64,000 nt of DNA, taken from assembly GCA_947446855.1 (NCBI GenBank), contig CANFIH010000001.1, forward strand, positions 11,882 through 75,881. The letters run 5' to 3'. Positions 9,742 through 18,912 of the stretch are shown here, one piece after another. This DNA comes from Burkholderiales bacterium (GTDB taxonomy: Bacteria; Pseudomonadota; Gammaproteobacteria; Burkholderiales; Burkholderiaceae_C). The notes under the pieces are model-generated. The model did not search any database, had not been told where the DNA came from, and worked only from the letters and a program-made list of their open reading frames with translations. Numbering within the stretch: position 1 is the first letter of the stretch; each line of letters begins with the position of its first letter. A program made the position numbers and the translations under genes.

Positions 9742-10758
9742 ATGAACCCACTGATTAACCGGCAGGTGCGCCTGCGCAGCCGTCCCCTTGCGATTCCGCA
9801 AGCCGAACATTTTGAGATCGTGCAAACGCCTGTCCCTGTGCTGGATGAGGGCCAGGTGCTGGTACGCAATGTCTTCCTGTCTGTCGAGCCCGCCATGCGC
9901 GGCTGGCTTAGCGCGGTCGGAAACTACAGCGAGCCGGTGCCCATTGGCGCTGTGATGCGCTCCTTCGCCGCAGGGCGGGTGCAGGCATCCCGTGACTCGG
10001 CCGTGCCGGTGGGTGCCTGGGTGACCGGCATGTTTGGCTGGCAGGACTACGCGGTGGTACGGGCGGGCGAGATCCAGCGACAGATCGGCGAACGCGATTT
10101 ACCTCTTTCTGCCGCCTTGGGCGTGATGGGCATCAACGGTGTCACGGCCCACTATGGTTTGTTGCAGCTTGGGCGTCCGCAAAAAGGGGAGACGGTGGTT
10201 GTCTCCACCGCAGCGGGTGCTGTGGGGTCCTGTGTGGGCCAAATTGCCAAGCTGCAGGGCTGCCGGACCGTGGGCATCACGGGCGGCGAGACCAAGCGGC
10301 GCATGTGCCTGGATGCGTTTGGTTTCGATGCGGCAGTCGATTACAAGGCGGCGGATTTCGAGCAGCAGCTGGCTGCTGCCTGCGCGGGCGGTGTGGATAT
10401 CTATTACGACAATACCAGCGGCCCCATCAGCGATGCGGTGCTGACGCACCTGAATCGGGGTGCGCGGGTGATCATTTGCGGCACCGCTTCCGTTTCCAGT
10501 TGGGATCCGATTCCCAGTGGGCCCCGGGTCGAGCGCCACCTGTTGATCAAGCGTGCCAGCATGCAGGGCTTTGTCATCTTCGACCATCCGGAGCACTACG
10601 CTGCAGCCTATCAGGATCTGGCGCAATGGATTCGCACGGGACAGCTGCGCTACCTCGAAGACATTCTGCTTGGAATCGAACATGCGCCGGATGCGATCGC
10701 CGGTCTGTACCGGGGTGACAACCTGGGCAAGCGCCTGATACGCATTGCCCAGGACTGA
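9742..10758 (+). CDS. NADP-dependent alkenal/one reductase (zinc-independent MDR, PTGR/CurA-like)
   Basis: FLSVEPAMRG, VVSTAAGAVGS, YRGDNLGK. Confidence 0.85.
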   Translation: MNPLINRQVRLRSRPLAIPQAEHFEIVQTPVPVLDEGQVLVRNVFLSVEPAMRGWLSAVGNYSEPVPIGAVMRSFAAGRVQASRDSAVPVGAWVTGMFGWQDYAVVRAGEIQRQIGERDLPLSAALGVMGINGVTAHYGLLQLGRPQKGETVVVSTAAGAVGSCVGQIAKLQGCRTVGITGGETKRRMCLDAFGFDAAVDYKAADFEQQLAAACAGGVDIYYDNTSGPISDAVLTHLNRGARVIICGTASVSSWDPIPSGPRVERHLLIKRASMQGFVIFDHPEHYAAAYQDLAQWIRTGQLRYLEDILLGIEHAPDAIAGLYRGDNLGKRLIRIAQD

Positions 10759-10773
10759 CCGCACGGCCGGGCC

Positions 10774-12021
10774 TTACAGCCTGGCGCGTTGCAGTTCCCA
10801 GGCTGCCTGCAGAGCGCTCTGGTGTGCCGGATCGGCAATGCCGATCAAGGCTTGCGCGCGCTGCTCCATGCTGAGCCCGCGCAGTTCGGCAATGCCGTGC
10901 TCGGTGATGACCGCGTCGGCCATGTAGCCAGGAAGTGTGCACAGGCCCTGTGCGTCCAGCGCCGGCACTATGCGCGATAGCGTGCCGCGTGCCGCCGTCG
11001 AGCGCAGACAGATCAATAGACGCCCACCTTCCGAACGCAGCGCGCCCTGTGCAAATGCGGGCAAGCCTCCGGCGCCGGCTTGCAGCGTGCCGGCCATGCG
11101 CTCCGAGTTCACCTGACCGAACAGGTCTACCTCCACCGCTGCATTGACCGCCACAAAACGCGGAATGCTGGCAATGGTGGCCACGTCATGGGTGTGGCCC
11201 ACGTCGGTAAACCACAGTGGCGCATGCTGGGCAACAAATTCACGAAATCCTGCGTCTCCCAGGGCAACGCCCGTGGTGATGCGCGCGTCGGCATCCAGTG
11301 CGCCCGCCGCAGACAGGCGTTGCACGACGGCAGTCACCATGCCGGCATGCACCTTCAGGCGCCGGTGCTGTGCCAGTGCCTGGCCCAGGGCCAGTGGCAC
11401 AGTGCCTATGCCGAATTGCAGGGTGTCGCCATCGCGCACCAGGCTGGCGGCATGGGCTGCAATGCACAGGTCGAGGTCCCCCGCAGCCGGTTCCTGGTAA
11501 TTGAGCAGGGGACGTTCAGCCTCCACCCAGCCATCGAGTTCGCGCATGTCGACGCTGAATGATCCACGGGTGCGGGGCATCAGCGGGTTGATATGGGCGA
11601 GGCGCTTGCGGGCCCGCTTCCAGACCAGGGGCATGAAGTCGCTGCTCAGGCAACTGCAACGGCCCTGGGCATCAGGTGGGCTGAGTTGGGCAATCGCCAC
11701 ATCCACTGGCGGTCCCTGTTGTAGAGTGTGCGCAATGCCCAGATAGTCCAGCCCTTGCAGGGTGGCGCGACCCTGCTGCATACCAAGGCGCACGGCGGGC
11801 GACATGAAGTAGGCGGTGAGGCGGGACTGGGAATGCATGCCCAGATAGTCGGTGCTGTCAATGCCAGGAAACTGCACGCCTATGAACTGCACGTTGCGCG
11901 CACGCTCAGGGTCGGCGCGCAACTCCTCGGCAAGCAGAGCCGACTCCGTGCTCATCGTGGACACGAAGACGCGTTGGCCGGGCTGGATGGCGTCAGTGAG
12001 CTGCAACATGGGGTGGCTCAT
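10774..12021 (-). CDS. Acetyl-CoA hydrolase/CoA-transferase family protein (4-hydroxybutyrate CoA-transferase-like)
   Basis: DGDTLQFGIG, NAAVEVDLFGQVNSE, VITEHGIAELRG. Confidence 0.85.
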   Translation of the reverse strand: MSHPMLQLTDAIQPGQRVFVSTMSTESALLAEELRADPERARNVQFIGVQFPGIDSTDYLGMHSQSRLTAYFMSPAVRLGMQQGRATLQGLDYLGIAHTLQQGPPVDVAIAQLSPPDAQGRCSCLSSDFMPLVWKRARKRLAHINPLMPRTRGSFSVDMRELDGWVEAERPLLNYQEPAAGDLDLCIAAHAASLVRDGDTLQFGIGTVPLALGQALAQHRRLKVHAGMVTAVVQRLSAAGALDADARITTGVALGDAGFREFVAQHAPLWFTDVGHTHDVATIASIPRFVAVNAAVEVDLFGQVNSERMAGTLQAGAGGLPAFAQGALRSEGGRLLICLRSTAARGTLSRIVPALDAQGLCTLPGYMADAVITEHGIAELRGLSMEQRAQALIGIADPAHQSALQAAWELQRARL

Positions 12022-12443
12022 GGCGTAATCTGTGCGGCCGTGGCTGGTGACGCTTGACCCAGGCGTACGCGGGCGCTACCGGAAACAACCTCGCTCCCAG
12101 CCCCCGTTGTTCCGCGCACGTGGTACAGCGCGGAGTTGTCATCGCACGCGCCCAATCTGGCACTGAGTACCAGCGTGTCACCACGCTTGGCTGCGCCTAT
12201 GAAGCGGGTGTTGAGTGCCAACAGCGCACCGCTGCCAAAGGTCTGGGTGAAGAGGCGTGCCACATAGGCCATGGTCAGCATGCCATGCACCAGCGGTTGG
12301 TCAAAGCCGGCCTTGCGCGCCACGCCGTCATCTAGGTGCAAGGGGTTGAGGTCTCCGGAGGCGGCGGCGTACAGGGCCAAGTCGACGGCTGTGACCGGAC
12401 CGCAGCTGATTTCAATGGCAGAGGGAAAGGTGGGGCTGCTCAT
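12018..12443 (-). CDS. MaoC (R)-specific hydratase, catalytic HadB-like subunit
   Basis: YAAASGDLNPLHLD hydratase-2 motif, VHGMLTM. Confidence 0.85.
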   Translation of the reverse strand: MSSPTFPSAIEISCGPVTAVDLALYAAASGDLNPLHLDDGVARKAGFDQPLVHGMLTMAYVARLFTQTFGSGALLALNTRFIGAAKRGDTLVLSARLGACDDNSALYHVRGTTGAGSEVVSGSARVRLGQASPATAAQITP

Positions 12444-12895
12444 GGGACCGCCGGATCTTGGTTGCGGATCATGATGGTCTGAATGCTGCTGCCAACGGCC
12501 TGTTGTTCGACACGGTAGTCGGTACGCACGACGATGAAGCTCATGCTTCCTTCCCGCTTGTCATAAAGGTCCGTGATGCTGCGGCTGATTTCCACCACGT
12601 CACCTACATGCACGGGCCGGATGTAATCAAAGCTTTGCTCGGCGTGCAGCACTTTGCCGACCGAAACCGTCAGCACGCGCAGCAAGGCTGCGCTGCTGAA
12701 GTGTTCGCTCTCCAAGGCTTTGAGGAAGGTGGGTGGAACCGGGCAGTGGGTATAGCCTTGTGCATGGGCCGCGTTGGCGTCCCAGTGCACCGCATTGGTT
12801 TCTCCAATGGCCTGGCAGAACAGCTTGACCCGCCAGGCATCGACCTGCACCGTAGAAGGTGCTGTGGTGTAACCCTTGAAACGCTGGTCGATCAT
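12440..12895 (-). CDS. MaoC N-terminal-domain protein (HadA-like partner subunit)
   Basis: FCQAIGETN, VPPTF, LHAEQSFDY..PV; ATGA overlaps on both sides. Confidence 0.8.
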   Translation of the reverse strand: MIDQRFKGYTTAPSTVQVDAWRVKLFCQAIGETNAVHWDANAAHAQGYTHCPVPPTFLKALESEHFSSAALLRVLTVSVGKVLHAEQSFDYIRPVHVGDVVEISRSITDLYDKREGSMSFIVVRTDYRVEQQAVGSSIQTIMIRNQDPAVP

Positions 12896-14442
12896 GAGCA
12901 AGCTGCGCGCAAGAGAGGCTCGAGCCGGGGCCAGGCTGAACGCAGCACCTCGTCAAACTGCGGCACCAGGCGGTCCTGATGCGCCCAAGAATAAGTGAGT
13001 GGCCCACCGCTCCAGGACGGACTGAGGCCGGCTGCACAGGCGGCGACATCCAGCATGTCGGCTTGCGACGCCGCACCGCTGGCCAGCAGGCGCAGCGCTT
13101 CAAGCGACTGCGCGTCCAGCGATACTTTGCCGGCCGTCGCCAGGCGTTGCATCACACTGCGGCCATCGGCACTCCGGTAGGGAAGGGCAGCGCCCAGGCG
13201 CGGGGCCAGGGCGGCGAGCGCCTGGGCTGCGGGCTCGCTGGCTGAGACAATTTCCAACACGCTGCCATTGGCATTTTTGGGCGAAAGCCATGCAGTGGCC
13301 GCTGCGTCACTGAGCTTGGGCGCCTCGACGCCCAGTACAGACAGGGCGACGCTGTGCGAGACACCGCGTGAATCGGTAAGAAGCATGCTGCCGGGTGGCA
13401 AAGATACATCGTTGTGCAAGGCCAAGCGGCTTTTGGTCAGCACTTGCTCCCACTGCACTTGCTCCTTTGACAAGGGTCCCAGCGTGACATGCGCGATGCT
13501 GAGGTCTGCCGGTGCCGCCAACTCGCGGTCTGCGCGTTGGCGATTCAGAAACAGGGTTCGCACCATGTTGCCGGCCACCGGATTGAACATCAGGCGCAAA
13601 AATTGGCGCATCTCAATGGCACTGGCTTCGGCCAGTGGAAGGCGCGCACCCAGCAACACGCAGTCAATGATGGTTTCATAAGCGGGGTAGTCACGGAAAT
13701 CAGCATCGCTCACACCAAATTTTCTTGCCAGGGCCTGCACCGTGTCCACGCTGCGGCTTGGCACCCTTGTCTGGTCCAGATGGGCAAACTTCGTTTCGGG
13801 ATCGAAGGGCTGACCCTGTAGGCTGCGCGCCAGCGCCCTCGCTTCGTCGAGCAACTGATTGGCAGGGACGGCGCGCGCAAACACGCCGCGCTCAACGGCC
13901 TCCGTTGGGTTCATGGAGCGCGCACTCAGCAGCAACTCCAGACCCGCTTCAAAACCCACTATGCGCGGCAAGCGTTGCGTGCCACCAGCTCCTGGCAGCA
14001 GCCCCCAGCGGGCCTCCGGTAAACCCAGGAGCGTATGCCGGTTGTCTGTTACCACGCGTGCACGGCAGGCCATGGCCAGCTCCAGACCGCCGCCCAAGGC
14101 GATGCCGTTAACGGCTGCCACCCAGGGTTTGGCAGAAGCTTCCAGTCGCACGAATTGGCGCCCCAGGCGGCCACACAGCTCGAACATTTGATCGGCGTTC
14201 AACGACCGTGCGCTGTCGGTATAGCCCCGAACCATCACCAGATCGGCACCGGCCAGAAAGGTCGGTTTGCCGGAGGTGAGCACCACGCTCTGTACAGCCG
14301 GGTCGGACTCCACGCGTTCCATCAGCGCGTCCAGCGCGTCCATCAATTCGACGGAAAATACATTCATGGACCGACCGGGCATGTCGATGGTGGCCAACAG
14401 CACACCGTCTGCTTCCAGGCTGCTGTGAATCTGGTTATTCAA
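12892..14442 (-). CDS. FadB/FadJ-like enoyl-CoA hydratase with eroded dehydrogenase half (MrcF-like)
   Basis: IDMPGRSMNV, FLAGADL, GGGLEL, GLPEARWGLLPGAGGTQRL; C-terminus lacks GxGxxG; TTG start after AGGAG. Confidence 0.8.
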   Translation of the reverse strand: MNNQIHSSLEADGVLLATIDMPGRSMNVFSVELMDALDALMERVESDPAVQSVVLTSGKPTFLAGADLVMVRGYTDSARSLNADQMFELCGRLGRQFVRLEASAKPWVAAVNGIALGGGLELAMACRARVVTDNRHTLLGLPEARWGLLPGAGGTQRLPRIVGFEAGLELLLSARSMNPTEAVERGVFARAVPANQLLDEARALARSLQGQPFDPETKFAHLDQTRVPSRSVDTVQALARKFGVSDADFRDYPAYETIIDCVLLGARLPLAEASAIEMRQFLRLMFNPVAGNMVRTLFLNRQRADRELAAPADLSIAHVTLGPLSKEQVQWEQVLTKSRLALHNDVSLPPGSMLLTDSRGVSHSVALSVLGVEAPKLSDAAATAWLSPKNANGSVLEIVSASEPAAQALAALAPRLGAALPYRSADGRSVMQRLATAGKVSLDAQSLEALRLLASGAASQADMLDVAACAAGLSPSWSGGPLTYSWAHQDRLVPQFDEVLRSAWPRLEPLLRAACS

Positions 14443-14462
14443 AATAGTGACTCCTGAAATTC

Positions 14463-16007
14463 TCAAGCAGGTTGGCGCAGTAATCGCTTGAGCACCTTGC
14501 CTGCAGGGCTGAAGGGCAGCGCGTCGGCGAAGCGGATTTCCTTGGGAACTTTGTAACCGGCAATCAGGCTGCGGCAGTGCAGATTGATTTCCTCTGCCGT
14601 TGCGGTGGATCCGGCCTTCAGCACGATCACGGCCACGACCCTCTCGCCCCAGCGCGCGTCGGGTGCACCAATCACGGCCGACATGGCGACGGCTGGATGT
14701 TTCTGTATCGCTTGTTCCACTTCAGCCGAATAGACGTTTTCGCCGCCACTGACAATCATGTCCTTCACGCGGTCCACGATGTAGAGCAAGCCATCCTTGT
14801 CACGGTAGCCGGCGTCGCCCGTGCGGTACCAACCCTTGTTCAACACGGCAGCCGTGGCTTCCGGCTGGTTGCGGTAGCCCCTGAACATGGTGGGTGAACG
14901 CAATACGAACTCACCAATCTCACCATCGGGTACTTCCCGGCCCATGCCGTCTTCAATCTTTAACTCCATCAGCGGCAAAGGCGTGCCGCAGGATTTGAGC
15001 TTGGTATCCACCACCAGGTCATGCTGGTCCGGACGCAGAATCGTGATGGCGCCCAGGCTCTCGGTGGCGCCGTAGAACTGCATGAACTGGCACTTTATTT
15101 CCAGGAGCGCACGTTTGAGCAGTTCCGCGTTGATGGGAGACCCGGCGTACATGATGAGTCGAAGTGACGAAAAGTCGGTGGTCTTGGCAGCGGGGTGGTC
15201 CAGCATCATCTGGATCACCGTGGGTGCCAACACCAGCACAGTGGGGCGGTCGGTTTCTATCAGTGCCAGCAGCTTTCCGGGTTCCAGCATGGACAGAATG
15301 GATACCGTTGATCCACTGTAGAGCGACTGCAGGGGCAGGCTGGTGCCCAGCAAATGGAAGTTGGGCATGACCATGAGTAACAGGTCATTGGCGTCCCATT
15401 GCATGGCGGGCTCCAGGCTCTCGCACAGGCGCATATAGTTGATGCCCTGGTGTGTCATCTCCACGCCCTTGGCACGGCCGGTGGTGCCTGAGGTGTACAT
15501 CAACAGCGCCAGAGCGCGCGGGTCTTCTGGCAAGCCGGGATCCATATCCGGTGCCTCCTGGTACCACTGGGCAAGGCCGCTATCGCCCACCGCGGTGGAG
15601 TCCAGGACAACGACCTTGAAGGGCATGGCTGCACCCTTTTGGACGTTGTCCATCAGGGGCAGGTATTCCTTGTCAACAAAAATCAGCACAGGTTGCGCAT
15701 CATCCACAATGGGGATCAGCTCGGCTGCAGCCAGGCGCCAGTTCAGCGGAAGCACGGTGCAACCGGCCTTGCTGGCCCCGAACAGGATTTCAAAGAACGG
15801 GATTGAATTCTTGCCGATAAAGGCGACTACGGAATTCGGCCCCGCTCCCTGACGCATCGCGGCCTGCGCCAGTCGGTTGCTGGACTGGTCGAGCTGGCGA
15901 AAAGTCATCCTGTGGCGACCTTCAATCAGAGCGGTCTTGTCGGGCGTTGTTCGCGCATAGTGGCGAACAATGTCGGGGAGCGTTTGAATATCTGCGTGAT
16001 GCCACAT
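14463..16007 (-). CDS. Acyl-CoA synthetase (long-chain-fatty-acid--CoA ligase family; possible terpenoid-acid CoA ligase)
   Basis: YTSGTTGRAKG, YGATE, RTGDAG, DRVKDMIVSGGENVY, GKVLK. Confidence 0.9.
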   Translation of the reverse strand: MWHHADIQTLPDIVRHYARTTPDKTALIEGRHRMTFRQLDQSSNRLAQAAMRQGAGPNSVVAFIGKNSIPFFEILFGASKAGCTVLPLNWRLAAAELIPIVDDAQPVLIFVDKEYLPLMDNVQKGAAMPFKVVVLDSTAVGDSGLAQWYQEAPDMDPGLPEDPRALALLMYTSGTTGRAKGVEMTHQGINYMRLCESLEPAMQWDANDLLLMVMPNFHLLGTSLPLQSLYSGSTVSILSMLEPGKLLALIETDRPTVLVLAPTVIQMMLDHPAAKTTDFSSLRLIMYAGSPINAELLKRALLEIKCQFMQFYGATESLGAITILRPDQHDLVVDTKLKSCGTPLPLMELKIEDGMGREVPDGEIGEFVLRSPTMFRGYRNQPEATAAVLNKGWYRTGDAGYRDKDGLLYIVDRVKDMIVSGGENVYSAEVEQAIQKHPAVAMSAVIGAPDARWGERVVAVIVLKAGSTATAEEINLHCRSLIAGYKVPKEIRFADALPFSPAGKVLKRLLRQPA

Positions 16008-16049
16008 GATGCTTGTCTCCTGTCTATTTTTTATTGCTGACGCGCTTGT

Positions 16050-16844
16050 TTAGCCCGCGTATTTCTTGAAGTCGGGCTTGCGCTTCTCGTTGAAGGCGCG
16101 CACACCTTCCTTGGATTCTTCGCTCTGGTAGTAGCCCTTGACGGCAGCGACACCCATAAAGCTGATGCCACGGATATTTTCGCTGTCGGCATTGAAGGAG
16201 CGCTTGGCAATGGCCAGCGCGGTGGGGCTCATATCGTTGATGCCCGCAGCCCAGCTTTCGCATTCCGCATCCAGTTGGTCGTGAGGCACCACTTTGTTGA
16301 CAAGGCCCCAGTCGCAAGCTTCCTGGGCCGGCAGGCGGCGGCAGGTAAACCAAATTTCGCGGGCACGTTTTTCGCCGACGATGCGTGCCAGATAGGCAGT
16401 TCCAAAGCCAGGGTCGACGGAGCCGACCTTGGGGCCGACTTGGCCGAATTGCGCCTTCTCGGAAGCAATGGTCAGATCGCAGATGGTGGCAAACACATTG
16501 CCTCCGCCAATGGCAAAGCCTTGAACGCGGGCAATGACCACCTTGCGGCAGTCGCGGATGGCACTTTGCATTTCTTCAATCGGCAGGCCTACCATGCCAC
16601 GGGGTCCGTAGAGACCATCTTCCGAGAGGTGAACCTTCTGGTCGCCGCCCGTGCAGAAAGCCTTTTCACCGGCTCCGGTGAAGATCACGGTGTTGACCGA
16701 CTTCTCTTCGTCGGCCATGCGAAAAGCCAGAATGAGCTCTTCGATGGTCTGGCTGCGAAACGCGTTGAAAACTTCGGGACGGTTGATGGTGATGCGCACA
16801 GCGTTTGTGCCCACTTCATACAGAATGTCTTTGAATTCGGCCAT
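16050..16844 (-). CDS. badI: 2-ketocyclohexanecarboxyl-CoA hydrolase-like ring-opening enzyme (BadI/MrcE-like)
   Basis: AFCTGGDQ, GGGNVFATICDLTI, FGQVGPKVGSVDPGFGT, SPTALAIAKRSFN closely match recalled BadI. Confidence 0.85.
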   Translation of the reverse strand: MAEFKDILYEVGTNAVRITINRPEVFNAFRSQTIEELILAFRMADEEKSVNTVIFTGAGEKAFCTGGDQKVHLSEDGLYGPRGMVGLPIEEMQSAIRDCRKVVIARVQGFAIGGGNVFATICDLTIASEKAQFGQVGPKVGSVDPGFGTAYLARIVGEKRAREIWFTCRRLPAQEACDWGLVNKVVPHDQLDAECESWAAGINDMSPTALAIAKRSFNADSENIRGISFMGVAAVKGYYQSEESKEGVRAFNEKRKPDFKKYAG

Positions 16845-16894
16845 GGTGTTCTCTATTGGGGTTGGTTGTTGGTGGTGAATGAAAGGAATGAAGA

Positions 16895-17662
16895 TCAGCC
16901 GTGCATGGTGAGTCCGCCCGAGACACTGATGGTCTGGCCCGTCATGAAGGCGGCATCATCGCTGGCCAGGAAGGCCACGATGCCAGGGTAATCGTCGGGC
17001 ACGCCAATGCGGCCCAGTGGCACGCCGCGCACCATGGAGTCGCGAATCTTCTGGCCTTGCTCTCCGGTTCCTACGAACAGGTCCATGGCCGGGGTGTCCG
17101 TGGGGCCGGGGCAGACATTGTTGATGGTGACCTGGCTGCGGGCCAGTTCACGCGCCAGTGCCTTGGCAAAGGCAATGGTCGCGCCCTTGCAACCGGAATA
17201 CACCACTTCACCCGAGGAGCCTACGCGGCCAGCGTCAGATGCGATATTGATGATGCGGCCGGACTTGCGCGCAGCCATGCCCTGGGCGACCGCATGGGTC
17301 ATGTGCAGCGGGCCAAAGTAGTTGATGGCAACCACTTTTTTCCAGAAAGCTTCATCGGTTTTCAGGAAAGGCATGGGGGTGTCCCATCCAGCGTTATTGA
17401 CCAGAATGTCCGTGGGGCCGACGGTGGTTTCAAACGCCTCCACCGCGACCTTGACAGCGCTGTAGTCGGTGATGTCGCAGAGCTGTGCGACTGCTTTGCC
17501 GCCCGCTGCGGTGATGGCTTGCACGGTTTCAGCCGCGCCTTGGGGGTTGATGTCGAAGACGCCGACTTGCGCACCTTCGGCCGCCAGTCGCACGGCAATG
17601 GCGCGGCCAATGCCGCTACCGGCGCCGGTCACGATTGCAATTTTGTTATTGATGCCTCGCAT
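16895..17662 (-). CDS. badH: 2-hydroxycyclohexanecarboxyl-CoA dehydrogenase-like SDR (BadH/MrcD-like)
   Basis: NNAGWD, IASDAGRVGSSGEVVYSGCKG, CPGPTDT, C-terminal SVSGGLTMHG; adjacent to badI-like gene. Confidence 0.85.
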   Translation of the reverse strand: MRGINNKIAIVTGAGSGIGRAIAVRLAAEGAQVGVFDINPQGAAETVQAITAAGGKAVAQLCDITDYSAVKVAVEAFETTVGPTDILVNNAGWDTPMPFLKTDEAFWKKVVAINYFGPLHMTHAVAQGMAARKSGRIINIASDAGRVGSSGEVVYSGCKGATIAFAKALARELARSQVTINNVCPGPTDTPAMDLFVGTGEQGQKIRDSMVRGVPLGRIGVPDDYPGIVAFLASDDAAFMTGQTISVSGGLTMHG

Positions 17663-17706
17663 GGGGTATCTCCTGTGGTTTGGGTTGAGAATGAAAAAGG
17701 GACGGG

Positions 17707-18912
17707 TCAGGCACCAAAGCGCCCGACAATGGAAATGGCAGATACGTTCTGGTGCGGGTGACCGCCCAGGTTGTGCGTCAGACCCAGATCCACATTTTTG
17801 AGTTGGCGTGCACCGGCACGGCCATGGATCTGCTGATAGATCTCATAGACCATGCGCAAACCGGTTGCCCCAATGGGGTGACCAAAGCACTTGAGGCCGC
17901 CATCGGGTTGCACGGGCAAGAGGCCGTCGCGGTCGAACACGCCGTCGAGCACGTCATGGATGACACGCCCATGCTGGCTGAAGCCCAGATCTTCCATCAG
18001 CACCGCTTCGGTGACCGAGAAGCAGTCATGGACCTCTGCCATCTGAATCTGCGTGCGCGGGTCGCTGACGCGGGCACTGGCGTAGGCACGCGATCCGGCC
18101 TCGCGGGCGGTGGCAATGTGGGCTCCGTCCCAACTGCTGAAGCTGGCCTCTTCCCCGTTGCTGACCGAGACTTCCAGCGCCTTGATGGTGATCAGCTCGC
18201 TAGCGGGTCGCAAGGCTCGGGCTATTTCCGGCGTCGTGAGGATGGCACAGGCAGCGCCATCGCTGACGCCGCAGCAGTCATACAAGCCCAGCGGTGCTGC
18301 AATGGTTGCGGCCTTGAGCACATTTTCTTCTGTAATGGAATTGCGCAAATGGGCTTTGGGATTCAGCGCACCATTGGCATGGCTCTTCACGGAAATGTGG
18401 GCCATGGCCCGCTTCAGATCCGCCATGGCGACACCATGCTTGGCCGCATAGGCTGATGCCAATTGCGCAAACGCGCCCGGTGCCGTGGTGTTGGGCAGCC
18501 ACAAGTCATTGGCAACGCCGCGTGTGCGTGTCGGTAGCCCACCGTAACCGGTGTCCTTGAGCTTTTCCACACCCAGTGCCAGCACGATGTCGTAAGCGCC
18601 GGAGGCCACTGCATAGGCTGCCCCGCGCATGGCCTCAGTGCCGGTGGCGCAGGCATTCTCGACCCGTGTGGCGGCAATGCGTGGCAGGCGCAAGGCCTGG
18701 GCCAGGGGGCCAGCTGTTTTTCCGACGTTGTTTTCTTCCAGACAGACGCCGAACCAGGCCGCCTCGATTTGCGTGTAGCCTATGCCTGCGTCAGCCAATG
18801 CTTCGTTGAAGGCCTCCAGCATCAAATCGTCTGGGCCACAGTCCCAGCGTTCGCCGAACTTGGAGCAACCCATGCCCAGAATGGCGACCTTGTCGCGAAT
18901 GCCCTCAGCCAT
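17707..18912 (-). CDS. SCPx-type thiolase (acetyl-CoA acetyltransferase family)
   Basis: VENACATG nucleophile, EVHDCF, GHPIGATG, HNLGG; start MAEGIRDK. Confidence 0.88.
   Translation of the reverse strand: MAEGIRDKVAILGMGCSKFGERWDCGPDDLMLEAFNEALADAGIGYTQIEAAWFGVCLEENNVGKTAGPLAQALRLPRIAATRVENACATGTEAMRGAAYAVASGAYDIVLALGVEKLKDTGYGGLPTRTRGVANDLWLPNTTAPGAFAQLASAYAAKHGVAMADLKRAMAHISVKSHANGALNPKAHLRNSITEENVLKAATIAAPLGLYDCCGVSDGAACAILTTPEIARALRPASELITIKALEVSVSNGEEASFSSWDGAHIATAREAGSRAYASARVSDPRTQIQMAEVHDCFSVTEAVLMEDLGFSQHGRVIHDVLDGVFDRDGLLPVQPDGGLKCFGHPIGATGLRMVYEIYQQIHGRAGARQLKNVDLGLTHNLGGHPHQNVSAISIVGRFGA

Noticed and set aside
16050-17662. Anaerobic benzoate degradation (bad cluster)
   Set aside because: No benzoyl-CoA reductase subunits or benzoate-CoA ligase in the window
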